A stretch of DNA of 64,000 bases, taken from assembly GCA_034435455.1 (NCBI GenBank), contig DAOTXL010000102.1:15704-79703 (forward strand), in the 5' to 3' direction. The position numbers and the translations under genes are program-made. This document shows, piece after piece, positions 49,668-57,695 of the stretch. Every line of letters begins with the position of its first letter. Position 1 is the first letter of the stretch. The stretch is from Anaerolineae bacterium (GTDB lineage: Bacteria > Chloroflexota > Anaerolineae > JAAYZQ01). The notes under the pieces are model-generated. The model saw nothing but the letters and a program-made list of their open reading frames with translations, had not been told where the DNA came from and ran no database searches.

Positions 49668-50585
49668 ATGAAGTGTAGCAAATGCGGTGGCCTGGCCGTC
49701 ATCAACCTGCGCCAACACCGGCTGCGGCTGTGCTCCGACCATTTTGTCGAATGGTCCATCGCTATGGTCCAACGCACCATCGAAACCTACCGTATGTTCA
49801 CCCCGGCCGAGCGGGTGCTTGTCGCCGTCTCCGGTGGGAAGGATAGCCTGACCTTGTGGGATATCCTGTTGCGGCTGGGCTACCAGGCGGAGGGGTTGTA
49901 CATCGGCCTGGGGATTGACGAGGGGATCGGGTACTCGGCCCGATCGCTGGAGATGTGCCGCAAATTTGTCGCCGACCACCACCCGGCAGCCCTGCTCCAC
50001 GTGGTGGAGATGGAGGGCGAGTACGGGCGGGCCCTCCCCGACCTGGCCCGCCACACACAGCGTGGCCGGGGCAAACCATGCGCCGTGTGCGGCCTGGTCA
50101 AACGCCATGTGATGAACCGTGTCGCCCGCGACGGCCACTTTGCCGCCATCGCCACCGGCCACAACCTGGATGACGAGGCTGCCGTGCTGATGCAAAACAC
50201 CCTGCATTGGCAGGCCGGCTACCTGGCCCGCCAGGCGCCGGTGTTGGTCGAGCGGGAGGGCCTGGCGCGCAAGGTCAAGCCGCTGTGCCGCCTCTATGAG
50301 CGGGAGGCAGCCGCCTATGCCCTGGTGCAGGGCATTGACTATATCTACGACGAGTGTCCCTTTGCCAGGGGCTCGACCACCAACTTTTACAAGGAACTGC
50401 TCAACCAACTGGAGCTCAAATCGCCAGGGGCCAAGCAGCAGTTCTACCTGCAATTCCTGCGGGCGCGCGACGCCGGTCAGGTGACCTTTAGCGAGGCCGC
50501 CGGGGAGGAGCTGCACCCCTGCGCCCGTTGTGGCCAGCCGACTACGGCCGGCGACCTGTGCGCCTTCTGCCGGTTGTGGGAGTAG
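49668..50585 (+). CDS. ttuA: TtuA-type tRNA 2-thiolation PP-loop ATPase with N- and C-terminal zinc ribbons
   Basis: PP-loop VAVSGGKDS, ATGHNLDDEA, N-terminal CxxC..C..H and C-terminal CARCG..CAFCRLWE, matching the TtuA architecture. Confidence 0.8.
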   Translation: MKCSKCGGLAVINLRQHRLRLCSDHFVEWSIAMVQRTIETYRMFTPAERVLVAVSGGKDSLTLWDILLRLGYQAEGLYIGLGIDEGIGYSARSLEMCRKFVADHHPAALLHVVEMEGEYGRALPDLARHTQRGRGKPCAVCGLVKRHVMNRVARDGHFAAIATGHNLDDEAAVLMQNTLHWQAGYLARQAPVLVEREGLARKVKPLCRLYEREAAAYALVQGIDYIYDECPFARGSTTNFYKELLNQLELKSPGAKQQFYLQFLRARDAGQVTFSEAAGEELHPCARCGQPTTAGDLCAFCRLWE

Positions 50586-50659
50586 GCCCCTCCCCCTCCC
50601 TCCGCCCCCCCCCTGAACGGTTCAGGTGCCAGGCACTTTTTTGATCGTCGAAACCAAGC

Positions 50660-53542
50660 CTAGAGGGCCGAGGCTTCCGGAGTCTGGTTTTGTAGCGCCA
50701 GCCAGCGCCTGGCCACCTCCGGCAGCCTGGCCAGCGGGGCGCGCACCGTGGTACACTCCGGCAGGGAGTTGAGGAACATCGGCCCGTACGATTTGGTCAA
50801 GACGCGCCTGTCCAGGACGACGACCACCCCCCGGTCGGTCTTGGCGCGGATCAGCCGGCCAAAGCCCTGGCGGAAGCGCAAGATCGCCTCTGGGATGGCA
50901 TACCGGGCAAAGGGGTTGTCATAGGTCTCGGAGCGGGCGGCAAAGATCGGGTCGTCGGGCACGGAGAAGGGCAGGCGGACCAGCACCAGCACGCTCAGCG
51001 CCGGCCCGACCACGTCTACCCCCTCCCAAAAGCTGCGCGTGCCCAGCAGCACCGCCCGGGGGGTGGTGCGGAAATTTTCCAGCAGTTGCACCCGCGAGGT
51101 GCCTGCCCCCTGCTCGTAGAGCACGATCCCGGCCTCGGCCAGGGGGCGGGCAATGGCCTGCGAGGTGGCCCGCAGTTGGGAATAGGAGGTGAACAGCACC
51201 AGCGCCCGGCCTTCGGTGGCGCGGCACAGGGCCAACAGCACCTCCTCCACCGTCTTCTGATAGTAGGGCTGGTTGGGCTCCGGGATGTCGGTGGGCAGGT
51301 AGAGGAGGGTCGAGTTCTTGTAGTCGAACGGGGAACCGACTGCCAGTTCGTCCGCTTCCCAGGCGTTCAGCCGCTCGCGGAGAAAGTCGAAGCGGTTGTC
51401 GGTGGTCAGCGTGGCCGAGGTGAGGATGACCGACTCTTTGGCATGGAACAGGTGCCGTTCCACCAGTTTGCCCACGTGCAGCGGCGCAGCGTGGAGGGTC
51501 ACCCGCCCGTCCTGGGCCGAAATGCTGGCCCAATAGATAGCCTCGTGGGACGGTTCGGCGATGCAGGCATTGATCTGTGCCCGTAGCTCGCCCAGGCGGG
51601 CGAGATACCCGCCACAATCCTGGATCAACCCCTCCAGGTCCGGGATGTCGTAGCGGTCCAGTTCCCCCAGGCCGCCGATCAACTGCTCCAGGTCGCCGAG
51701 GATCCGGTAGAGCTGGGCCGCCAGATTATCCCAGCTCATCTCCACCCGGCTCCAGGCCGGCTGGACCCGCTGGCCGCTGGTCAGGCGAACCCGCCGGTCG
51801 TACTCACCCTGCCCGGGGCTGTGTTCCTGCAAAAAGTCGCCCAGGATGTTGAAAAAACTGTAGGCGTTGGTCAATGCCGCTTCCACCTGGCGCTGCAGCT
51901 CGCGGACGTGGCTCTCCAGCACAGCCCACTCTTCGGCGGGGACCCTGCCCCGGCAGTGGGAGAGGAGATCGCTCAGGAAACCGCCGTAGCGGCGGGCCCC
52001 CATCGGCCGGACCAGCTCGTTGAGCACCCGTTCCACGGCGGCCTGGTCGGCCTCGAAGCTCAATTGGCGGGTGACGCTGTCCTCCAGGTGGTGGGCCTCG
52101 TCTACGATAAGGTAGCGGTAATCGGGCAGGACCCGGTTCTCGGTGGCCACGTCCGAAAGGAGCAGGGCATGGTTGACGATGACCAGGTGCGCCCGTTCGG
52201 CGGCACGCCGGGCACGGTAAAAGAAGCAGCGGCCCCGCTCCCGGAAGCGGCAGCGTTCCAGGGTACAGGTATCGCTCTCGGCCGAGATCTTGTTCCACAG
52301 CACCTGCTCGACCGGATCGGGCATGAACAGCTCATCCCGCTCGCCGGTTTGGGTGCTGGGCAACCAGACCAGTACCTTGGCCAACATGCGCATCTCCTCC
52401 ACCGAGCTGACGCCCGCCTGGCGCAGGCCGGCCAGCCGCCGCTGGCAGAGATAGTTGTTCCGCCCTTTGAGCACCGCCACCCGAAACTCGAAGGGCAGGA
52501 GCTTTTGCAGGTCGGGGGTGTCTTTGCGAAAGAGCTGGTCCTGCAGGTTGATGGTATTGGTCGAAACGACGACCCGCTCGCCGTTGAGGTGGGCAAAGGT
52601 GACGGCAGGCAACAGGTAGGCCAGGCTCTTGCCGGTACCGGTACCGGCCTCGACCAGCAGGTGTTGTTGTTTGTTGAAAGCGTTGGCCACAGCCCGGAGC
52701 ATCTCCACCTGCTGGGGACGATGCTCAAAGCCGGGAAAGTGGCGGGCAAAGGGGCCGCCTTCCTCCAGCATGGCGGCCAGTTCGTCCACGTTCAGGGCCC
52801 TGGGCCGGGCGGCGCGGACCAGTTCCTCCTCTTCCGAGTCTGTGGCAAAGAGCGGCCCCAACGCCTCCTCCCTCGAATCGAACCGGGCGGCCAGTTGCTG
52901 GCCGATGGCCCCCCGGAAGGCGGTCCGCGTCTGTTCCCGCTCCAGGTCACGGAACACCTCCCGCAGCGGCCAGTCCACCGTCCTGGCCAGGCGGTTGATC
53001 TCCTGGAGGATGGCCGGCGGCAGGTGGGAGGCCTGTTCCAGCAGCGCCACAAACAGGTCCTTGGCGGCCAGCGCATCCTCCAGGGCGCGATGGGTGCTGA
53101 GGGTGGGCAACTCGAACTCCTGGCACAGCCTGGACAGGCTATAACGGGCGGCGTGGGGCGCCAGGATGCTGGCCAGCTCGAAGGTGTCCACCACCGGGTT
53201 GTCCAAGGACAGGTCATGGCTCCGCAGGAAATCCAGGTCAAAGTGCACGCTATGGCCCACCAGCGGGTGGCTGCCCACGAAGCGGCGCAGTTCGTGGGCC
53301 ACCTGCCTGAAGCGGGGAGCGCGGTTCACCTCGTCGTGGCCGATGCCGGTCAACTGCTGGATGGGAAAGGGGATGGGCCGGCCGGGGTTGACCACGGTGG
53401 ACCAGGTGTCGAGCACCTGGGCCTGGAGAGAGCCCTCGTCGGTAGAGAGGCGAAAGCGGACGGCGCCAACTTCCAGGATGGCATCGCGCCGGGGGTCAAG
53501 GCCCGTGGTCTCGATGTCCAGGGCCACGCAGGTTCGATTCAT
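50660..53542 (-). CDS. dinG: DinG-family ATP-dependent helicase with N-terminal DnaQ-like 3'-5' exonuclease domain
   Basis: Exo motif VALDIETTGLD at the N-terminus. Helicase motif I GTGKS and DEAH box LIVDEAHHLED. 960 aa. Confidence 0.8.
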   Translation of the reverse strand: MNRTCVALDIETTGLDPRRDAILEVGAVRFRLSTDEGSLQAQVLDTWSTVVNPGRPIPFPIQQLTGIGHDEVNRAPRFRQVAHELRRFVGSHPLVGHSVHFDLDFLRSHDLSLDNPVVDTFELASILAPHAARYSLSRLCQEFELPTLSTHRALEDALAAKDLFVALLEQASHLPPAILQEINRLARTVDWPLREVFRDLEREQTRTAFRGAIGQQLAARFDSREEALGPLFATDSEEEELVRAARPRALNVDELAAMLEEGGPFARHFPGFEHRPQQVEMLRAVANAFNKQQHLLVEAGTGTGKSLAYLLPAVTFAHLNGERVVVSTNTINLQDQLFRKDTPDLQKLLPFEFRVAVLKGRNNYLCQRRLAGLRQAGVSSVEEMRMLAKVLVWLPSTQTGERDELFMPDPVEQVLWNKISAESDTCTLERCRFRERGRCFFYRARRAAERAHLVIVNHALLLSDVATENRVLPDYRYLIVDEAHHLEDSVTRQLSFEADQAAVERVLNELVRPMGARRYGGFLSDLLSHCRGRVPAEEWAVLESHVRELQRQVEAALTNAYSFFNILGDFLQEHSPGQGEYDRRVRLTSGQRVQPAWSRVEMSWDNLAAQLYRILGDLEQLIGGLGELDRYDIPDLEGLIQDCGGYLARLGELRAQINACIAEPSHEAIYWASISAQDGRVTLHAAPLHVGKLVERHLFHAKESVILTSATLTTDNRFDFLRERLNAWEADELAVGSPFDYKNSTLLYLPTDIPEPNQPYYQKTVEEVLLALCRATEGRALVLFTSYSQLRATSQAIARPLAEAGIVLYEQGAGTSRVQLLENFRTTPRAVLLGTRSFWEGVDVVGPALSVLVLVRLPFSVPDDPIFAARSETYDNPFARYAIPEAILRFRQGFGRLIRAKTDRGVVVVLDRRVLTKSYGPMFLNSLPECTTVRAPLARLPEVARRWLALQNQTPEASAL

Positions 53543-53637
53543 GGGGAATCCCTTCTAGGGGAGATGCAGAGGCGCAGCACGCTGTCCTCTCCTCCCGGTG
53601 GGGTGATTATACCCCAGGTCTGGACAGGAGGCAAATG

Positions 53638-54489
53638 TCAACCGGGTGCCAGCCACCGATCCAGCAGCAGTTCCTGTTTCTTGCACTCGATCTTTTCTGA
53701 ACTCTGCTCATTGCCCAGGATGGCGCCGGCCAGTACCGGCAGATACCGGCCGAGGAGCCGGAAAGGTCGGAGCAGGTAGCAGGCATGCAGGCTGAGGTGG
53801 ATCAGCAGGTCTTCTGGGGCCAGGAACTTGACCGGTCGCCCGGCCACCTGCCCGGCTGTTGCCCGCTGCCACAGGGCTTCCACCGGGATGGGAAAGCCGT
53901 CGTTGGGCGGCATCAGGTCCCAGTGCACCTCCACCTGGACCCTGCGCCCCGGCAGGTGATAGGGGACCAGGTGGTGGATCCGCTCCGGCCGATACCAATC
54001 GCGGGGGGCATAGCCCTCGTCGGGCCGGTAGCCCAGATGCAGCAGGATCTCCTCGGCCTGCTCCACGTCCGCCGGCCGGACCAGGAAGTCCAGATCGCCG
54101 CACAACCGCAAGGCCGGATCGGGAAAGATGCTCTCCCGCAGGGCCAGCCCTTTGAGCGGCATCGCCTCGATGCCGGCAGCGCGCCACGCATCCAGCAAGC
54201 GGCCCCCTTCGATCTGTTGCAGGGTGGTCAGCAAGATGCCCAGCCGATTGGCCTCCTCCAGCATCCGCCAGGCCCCGGCCGGCACCTTCACCCCCAGGTC
54301 AGGCTTTTGCAGATGGTGGTAGACCAGGGTGGGGAGGCCATGCCGGATGGCGCGGGTCACCACCCTGTCCCAGTCCAGGTCCCGGCCGGCCAGATGGTGG
54401 ATGGTCTGCTCCTGGGCCGGTTCCAGGGCGACCCGGGCGCACAGCAATAACAGCCGGTCTTCGGCGGAAACGGAGATCAGGGGGTTCAT
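53638..54489 (-). CDS. 'uncharacterised nucleotidyltransferase' family protein (PqqD-associated type)
   Basis: About 280 aa with a GDLDFLV nucleotidyltransferase-like Gx(D)xD core. The fold class regularly accompanies PqqD-like proteins, recalled from memory rather than searched. Start chosen at ATG 54489 (MNPLISV); the alternative upstream start is 54627. Confidence 0.5.
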   Translation of the reverse strand: MNPLISVSAEDRLLLLCARVALEPAQEQTIHHLAGRDLDWDRVVTRAIRHGLPTLVYHHLQKPDLGVKVPAGAWRMLEEANRLGILLTTLQQIEGGRLLDAWRAAGIEAMPLKGLALRESIFPDPALRLCGDLDFLVRPADVEQAEEILLHLGYRPDEGYAPRDWYRPERIHHLVPYHLPGRRVQVEVHWDLMPPNDGFPIPVEALWQRATAGQVAGRPVKFLAPEDLLIHLSLHACYLLRPFRLLGRYLPVLAGAILGNEQSSEKIECKKQELLLDRWLAPG

Positions 54490-54825
54490 CGGCGCAAGAC
54501 CCAGGCTGCCAGTGCAGGGAGCCAGGCCACGGCCCGGCGCAGCAGGCGACGGCGGCGCAGGGGGAAACAGAGGGCCAGGGCCCAGCCGAAGGCCCGGGCA
54601 ACCGGGGATTGCAGGTCGAAATGGCAACCAGGGCCATCCACGGCCACCACCCGGCCGATCACAGCACCGACCGGGAACGGCGGGTCGGCCTCGAGGCGGT
54701 TGTCGCCACCCAGCGGGGGGCAGTGGGGCGCAGCAACAGGGTGAGGTCGCCGCGTTGCTCCACCCACACGCCGACCGGCAGCCGTGGCCGATGGTCCAGA
54801 GTGTCCATAGCCAGGGCGGCCCGGA

Positions 54826-54990
54826 CTAGCACAAAACGACCGAGTGGTTAAAGGAGCAAGCCTGGGCCGGGCCCAGTTCCTCCAGGATCTGGTCGCCGCG
54901 ATAGGTGATGACCCGGGGTGGCTCGTACGGGGGCAGGGCTTCCTCGCTTTTCCGGACCGCCGTCGGTTCCTGCTTTTCGATCTGGTTCAC
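54826..54990 (-). CDS. candidate small ORF (54 aa) between the PqqD-like and nucleotidyltransferase genes: possible precursor peptide
   Basis: GTG start 7 nt after GGAGGAGGG. Translation VNQIEKQEPTAVRKSEEALPPYEPPRVITYRGDQILEELGPAQACSFNHSVVLC. High GC3. Starts 45 nt after the PqqD stop. Not in the supplied ORF track, which has a 60-aa cutoff. A plus-strand shadow ORF occupies the same DNA. Confidence 0.3.
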   Translation of the reverse strand: MNQIEKQEPTAVRKSEEALPPYEPPRVITYRGDQILEELGPAQACSFNHSVVLC

Positions 54991-55035
54991 CGCACCCTCC
55001 TCCTGTCAATCCACGCGGCCATGGTTGCAGGATAA

Positions 55036-55314
55036 CTATGGCCTTGTTATCAAACCTTCTGCTTCAAAAAGCTCCAGGACGGCCTGGATGTCACCGGCAA
55101 CATCCTGTTCCGGTGCTGGGGCAAAGCGGGCACAGAGCACAGCTTCGATCTCGGTCGGGGTATGCTGCCCATCACCCAGCTCCCACACCAGCCGGGCGGT
55201 GGGGTTCAGGATGTGGATCGAGTCCCGGACGGGGTCATAGAGGAGTGTCTCGCGCCCTGCAGATTTACACACGATATCGGGTCGTTGACGCAATGTTCCC
55301 CGACTCTGGTCCAT
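55036..55314 (-). CDS. PqqD-family protein (RiPP recognition element-like peptide chaperone)
   Basis: About 93 aa with LYDPVRDSIHILNPTARLVWEL..TPTEIEAVL..AGDIQAVLELFEAEGLI, the PqqD/RRE winged-helix pattern. Start at ATG 55314. Confidence 0.65.
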   Translation of the reverse strand: MDQSRGTLRQRPDIVCKSAGRETLLYDPVRDSIHILNPTARLVWELGDGQHTPTEIEAVLCARFAPAPEQDVAGDIQAVLELFEAEGLITRP

Positions 55315-55474
55315 TGGCAGAGACCCACGCCCCGGCCCTGGCATCCGCCAGCCCTGGGCCCCTTTCCCTTCAGGATGCTTCCATTATATCAGAACCCGGT
55401 GCGGAAGTCAAGGGGCAAGAAGGTCTGATTTGGGTGGGTAACAAACCTGCCCTGCCTGCCGCCGGGCCTTGCCC

Positions 55475-55503
55475 TTGACGGCCTGAGGTGGGAATGGTAT
55501 ACT
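55475..55503 (+). promoter_or_regulatory. sigma70 promoter (TTGACG-17-TATACT) for the DUF2270-like gene
   Basis: TTGACG at 55475-55480, 17-nt spacer, TATACT at 55498-55503. Confidence 0.5.
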
Positions 55504-55547
55504 GGCCCCGGAAGCAGGGACAAACATCCTGAGCGAGGAGGGGCAAG

Positions 55548-56639
55548 GTGACGGAACAGACAAATCCGACAGGCAGGAACCCCGACGCAGAGCCGGTGTG
55601 GACCTACCGGGGCTATCGTCTGCGGCCCAGCGAGTTCACCACCGCCATGGTCCACTTTTTCCGGGCGGAGGTGCAACGGGCCAACGTCTGGCGGCAGCGG
55701 CTGGATACCACCACCAACTGGGCGGTGCTGACCACCGGCGCGGCAATCTCTTTTGCCTTCAGCCGGGCTATCGCCGAGGACCACCGGGTGATCATCCTGA
55801 ACGTCCTGTTGGTGACGCTCTTTTTGTATATCGAGGCCCGCCGCGACCGCTATTACGAGCTGTGGAGCTACCGCGTGCGGCTGATGGAGACCGATTTCTT
55901 TGCCACCATGCTGGTGCCGCCCTTCCATCCGGCGGCCGATTGGGCCGAAAGCCTGGCCGAGAACCTGCTCCACCCCCAGTTTCCGATCTCGTTGTGGGAG
56001 GCGTTGGGCCGGCGGTATCGGCGAAATTATCTGTGGATCTATGCCGTGCTGGGGCTGGCCTGGCTGTCCAAGATATGGTTGCACCCTATCCAGGCATCCT
56101 CCTGGTCCCAGTTCATCTCCAGAGCAGCCATCGGCCCCATCCCGGGCGGAGCAGTGCTGGCGGCTGGCCTCCTGTTCAACGGCCTGCTGCTGCTCGTCGG
56201 GCTGCTGACGGTGGGGCTGCAACAGGCCACCGGCGAGGTGCTGCCCCGCTACGGCGCCTTCCAACTGCCCGCCCTGGCAGAGCGCGCACCGGCCCCCGGC
56301 CCTCGCCTGGCCTCCTGGCGAGCCTGGTTCCGCCCCAGCCGACAGCGGCAACGGCTGCTGGCCTTCATCATCACCGACCGGGCCCAGGCCGTGGCCGACC
56401 GCATCCTGCGCGACATGAGCCGGGGGGTGACCGCCCTGTCGGCCGTCGGCATGTACACCCGGCAGCCGCGCACCATGCTGATGTGTGCCCTGACCGTGAC
56501 CGAGGTGGCACAGCTCAAGGCCGTGGTTAGCGCCGAGGACCCCCAGGCGTTCGTCACCCTGTCGCCGGCCCAGGAGGTGTTGGGCAAGGGCTTTGCGCCG
56601 TTGCGCGAGGAGGCCGAACCATCGTCGGAAACGGAGTAA
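55548..56639 (+). CDS. membrane protein (DUF2270-like) fused to a small C-terminal DUF2179-like domain
   Basis: Hydrophobic core about 200 aa, then a soluble C-terminal about 80 aa (LMCALTVTEVAQLKAVVSAEDPQAFVTLSPAQEVLG). Family names from memory. Confidence 0.45.
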   Translation: MTEQTNPTGRNPDAEPVWTYRGYRLRPSEFTTAMVHFFRAEVQRANVWRQRLDTTTNWAVLTTGAAISFAFSRAIAEDHRVIILNVLLVTLFLYIEARRDRYYELWSYRVRLMETDFFATMLVPPFHPAADWAESLAENLLHPQFPISLWEALGRRYRRNYLWIYAVLGLAWLSKIWLHPIQASSWSQFISRAAIGPIPGGAVLAAGLLFNGLLLLVGLLTVGLQQATGEVLPRYGAFQLPALAERAPAPGPRLASWRAWFRPSRQRQRLLAFIITDRAQAVADRILRDMSRGVTALSAVGMYTRQPRTMLMCALTVTEVAQLKAVVSAEDPQAFVTLSPAQEVLGKGFAPLREEAEPSSETE

Positions 56640-56649
56640 AAGCCCCCTG

Positions 56650-57684
56650 TCAGCCCCACACCCCGGGGATGGCGCGGCCGCAGTCGGGGCAGCGGCCCTG
56701 TCCCAGCCGCCAGCGGGTCACCTGCAGCCCCCACCGCCCGATGAGCAGCGTCCCACAGTCGGGACAGGCTGTGTTCTCCAGAGGGTGGCCCGGCACGTTG
56801 CCCAGATACACGAACTCCAGGCCGGCCTCCTGTCCAATCTGCCAGGCCCGTTCCAGGGTGCGCAGCGGTGTCGGCGGGGCAGTGAAGCGATAGGCCGGGT
56901 AATAGCCGCTGAGGTGCCAGGGCACCTCTCTCCCCAGTTCGGCGGCGATGCGGCCGGCGATGGAGCGCAGAACCTGGTCCGCATCGTTCACGCCCGGAAT
57001 GACCAGGGTGGTGATCTCCAGCCAGACCCCTGCCTGCCGCGCCAGGTAGCAGTTACGCCACACTTTTTCCACGTCCACCCCGCAATATCGCCGCACGGCC
57101 TGGGCATCGCCTTTTATGTCCACATTCATGGCATCCAACCCGGCTTCGACCAGCAGGGCCAGCGCCTGGGGAGTCATGTAGCCGTTCGTCACATAGGTGT
57201 TGTACAGGCCCTGCCGGCGGGCCAGGCGGAACACCTCCAGTGACCATTCCAGGGAGAGGGTGGGTTCGTTGAAGCTGATGGAGGTCCCCCGGCAGTCCCG
57301 CTCCACGGCTTCTTGCACAAACTCTTCAGGCGCGAAAAAGCGGGTCGGGCGGGGTCGGGCCTTGGAGATCTCCCAGTTTTGGCACCAGGGGCAGGCCAGG
57401 TTGCACGACCAGGCCCCGCCGGTCAGGGCCACCGAACCGGGATAAAAGTGGTAGAGCGGCTTTTTTTCGATCGGGTTGACCGAGAGGGACGAGACCGCGC
57501 CGTAGAGGAGGGTCACCAGTTCGCCATTCCGGTGGCCTCGGGTCCGACACCAGCCCAGCCCGCCAGGGGCGATCTCGCAGCGGCGCTCGCAGGTCAGGCA
57601 GCGGAGCCGCTCCCCGGCCGGCTCCACCAGCAACGCGGGCCGGGTGAACCGCTGCAGGGAGGTCGGCCAGTGCCCCTCCTCCAT
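56650..57684 (-). CDS. radical SAM enzyme, AmmeMemoRadiSam-system/PFL-activase-like type
   Basis: N-terminal CLTCERRCEIAPGGLGWC and radical SAM CNLACPWCQN. C-terminal CPDCG..CPDCG zinc ribbon. Start uncertain (57684 or 57747). Confidence 0.6.
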   Translation of the reverse strand: MEEGHWPTSLQRFTRPALLVEPAGERLRCLTCERRCEIAPGGLGWCRTRGHRNGELVTLLYGAVSSLSVNPIEKKPLYHFYPGSVALTGGAWSCNLACPWCQNWEISKARPRPTRFFAPEEFVQEAVERDCRGTSISFNEPTLSLEWSLEVFRLARRQGLYNTYVTNGYMTPQALALLVEAGLDAMNVDIKGDAQAVRRYCGVDVEKVWRNCYLARQAGVWLEITTLVIPGVNDADQVLRSIAGRIAAELGREVPWHLSGYYPAYRFTAPPTPLRTLERAWQIGQEAGLEFVYLGNVPGHPLENTACPDCGTLLIGRWGLQVTRWRLGQGRCPDCGRAIPGVWG

Positions 57685-57695
57685 CGCTCCCGCCC

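Noticed and set aside
54844-55035. 63-aa plus-strand ORF covering the PqqD/nucleotidyltransferase intergenic region
   Set aside because: Opposite in orientation to both flanking genes, and no RBS. The minus-strand 54-aa ORF has a strong RBS and matches the operon orientation. Neither is proven.
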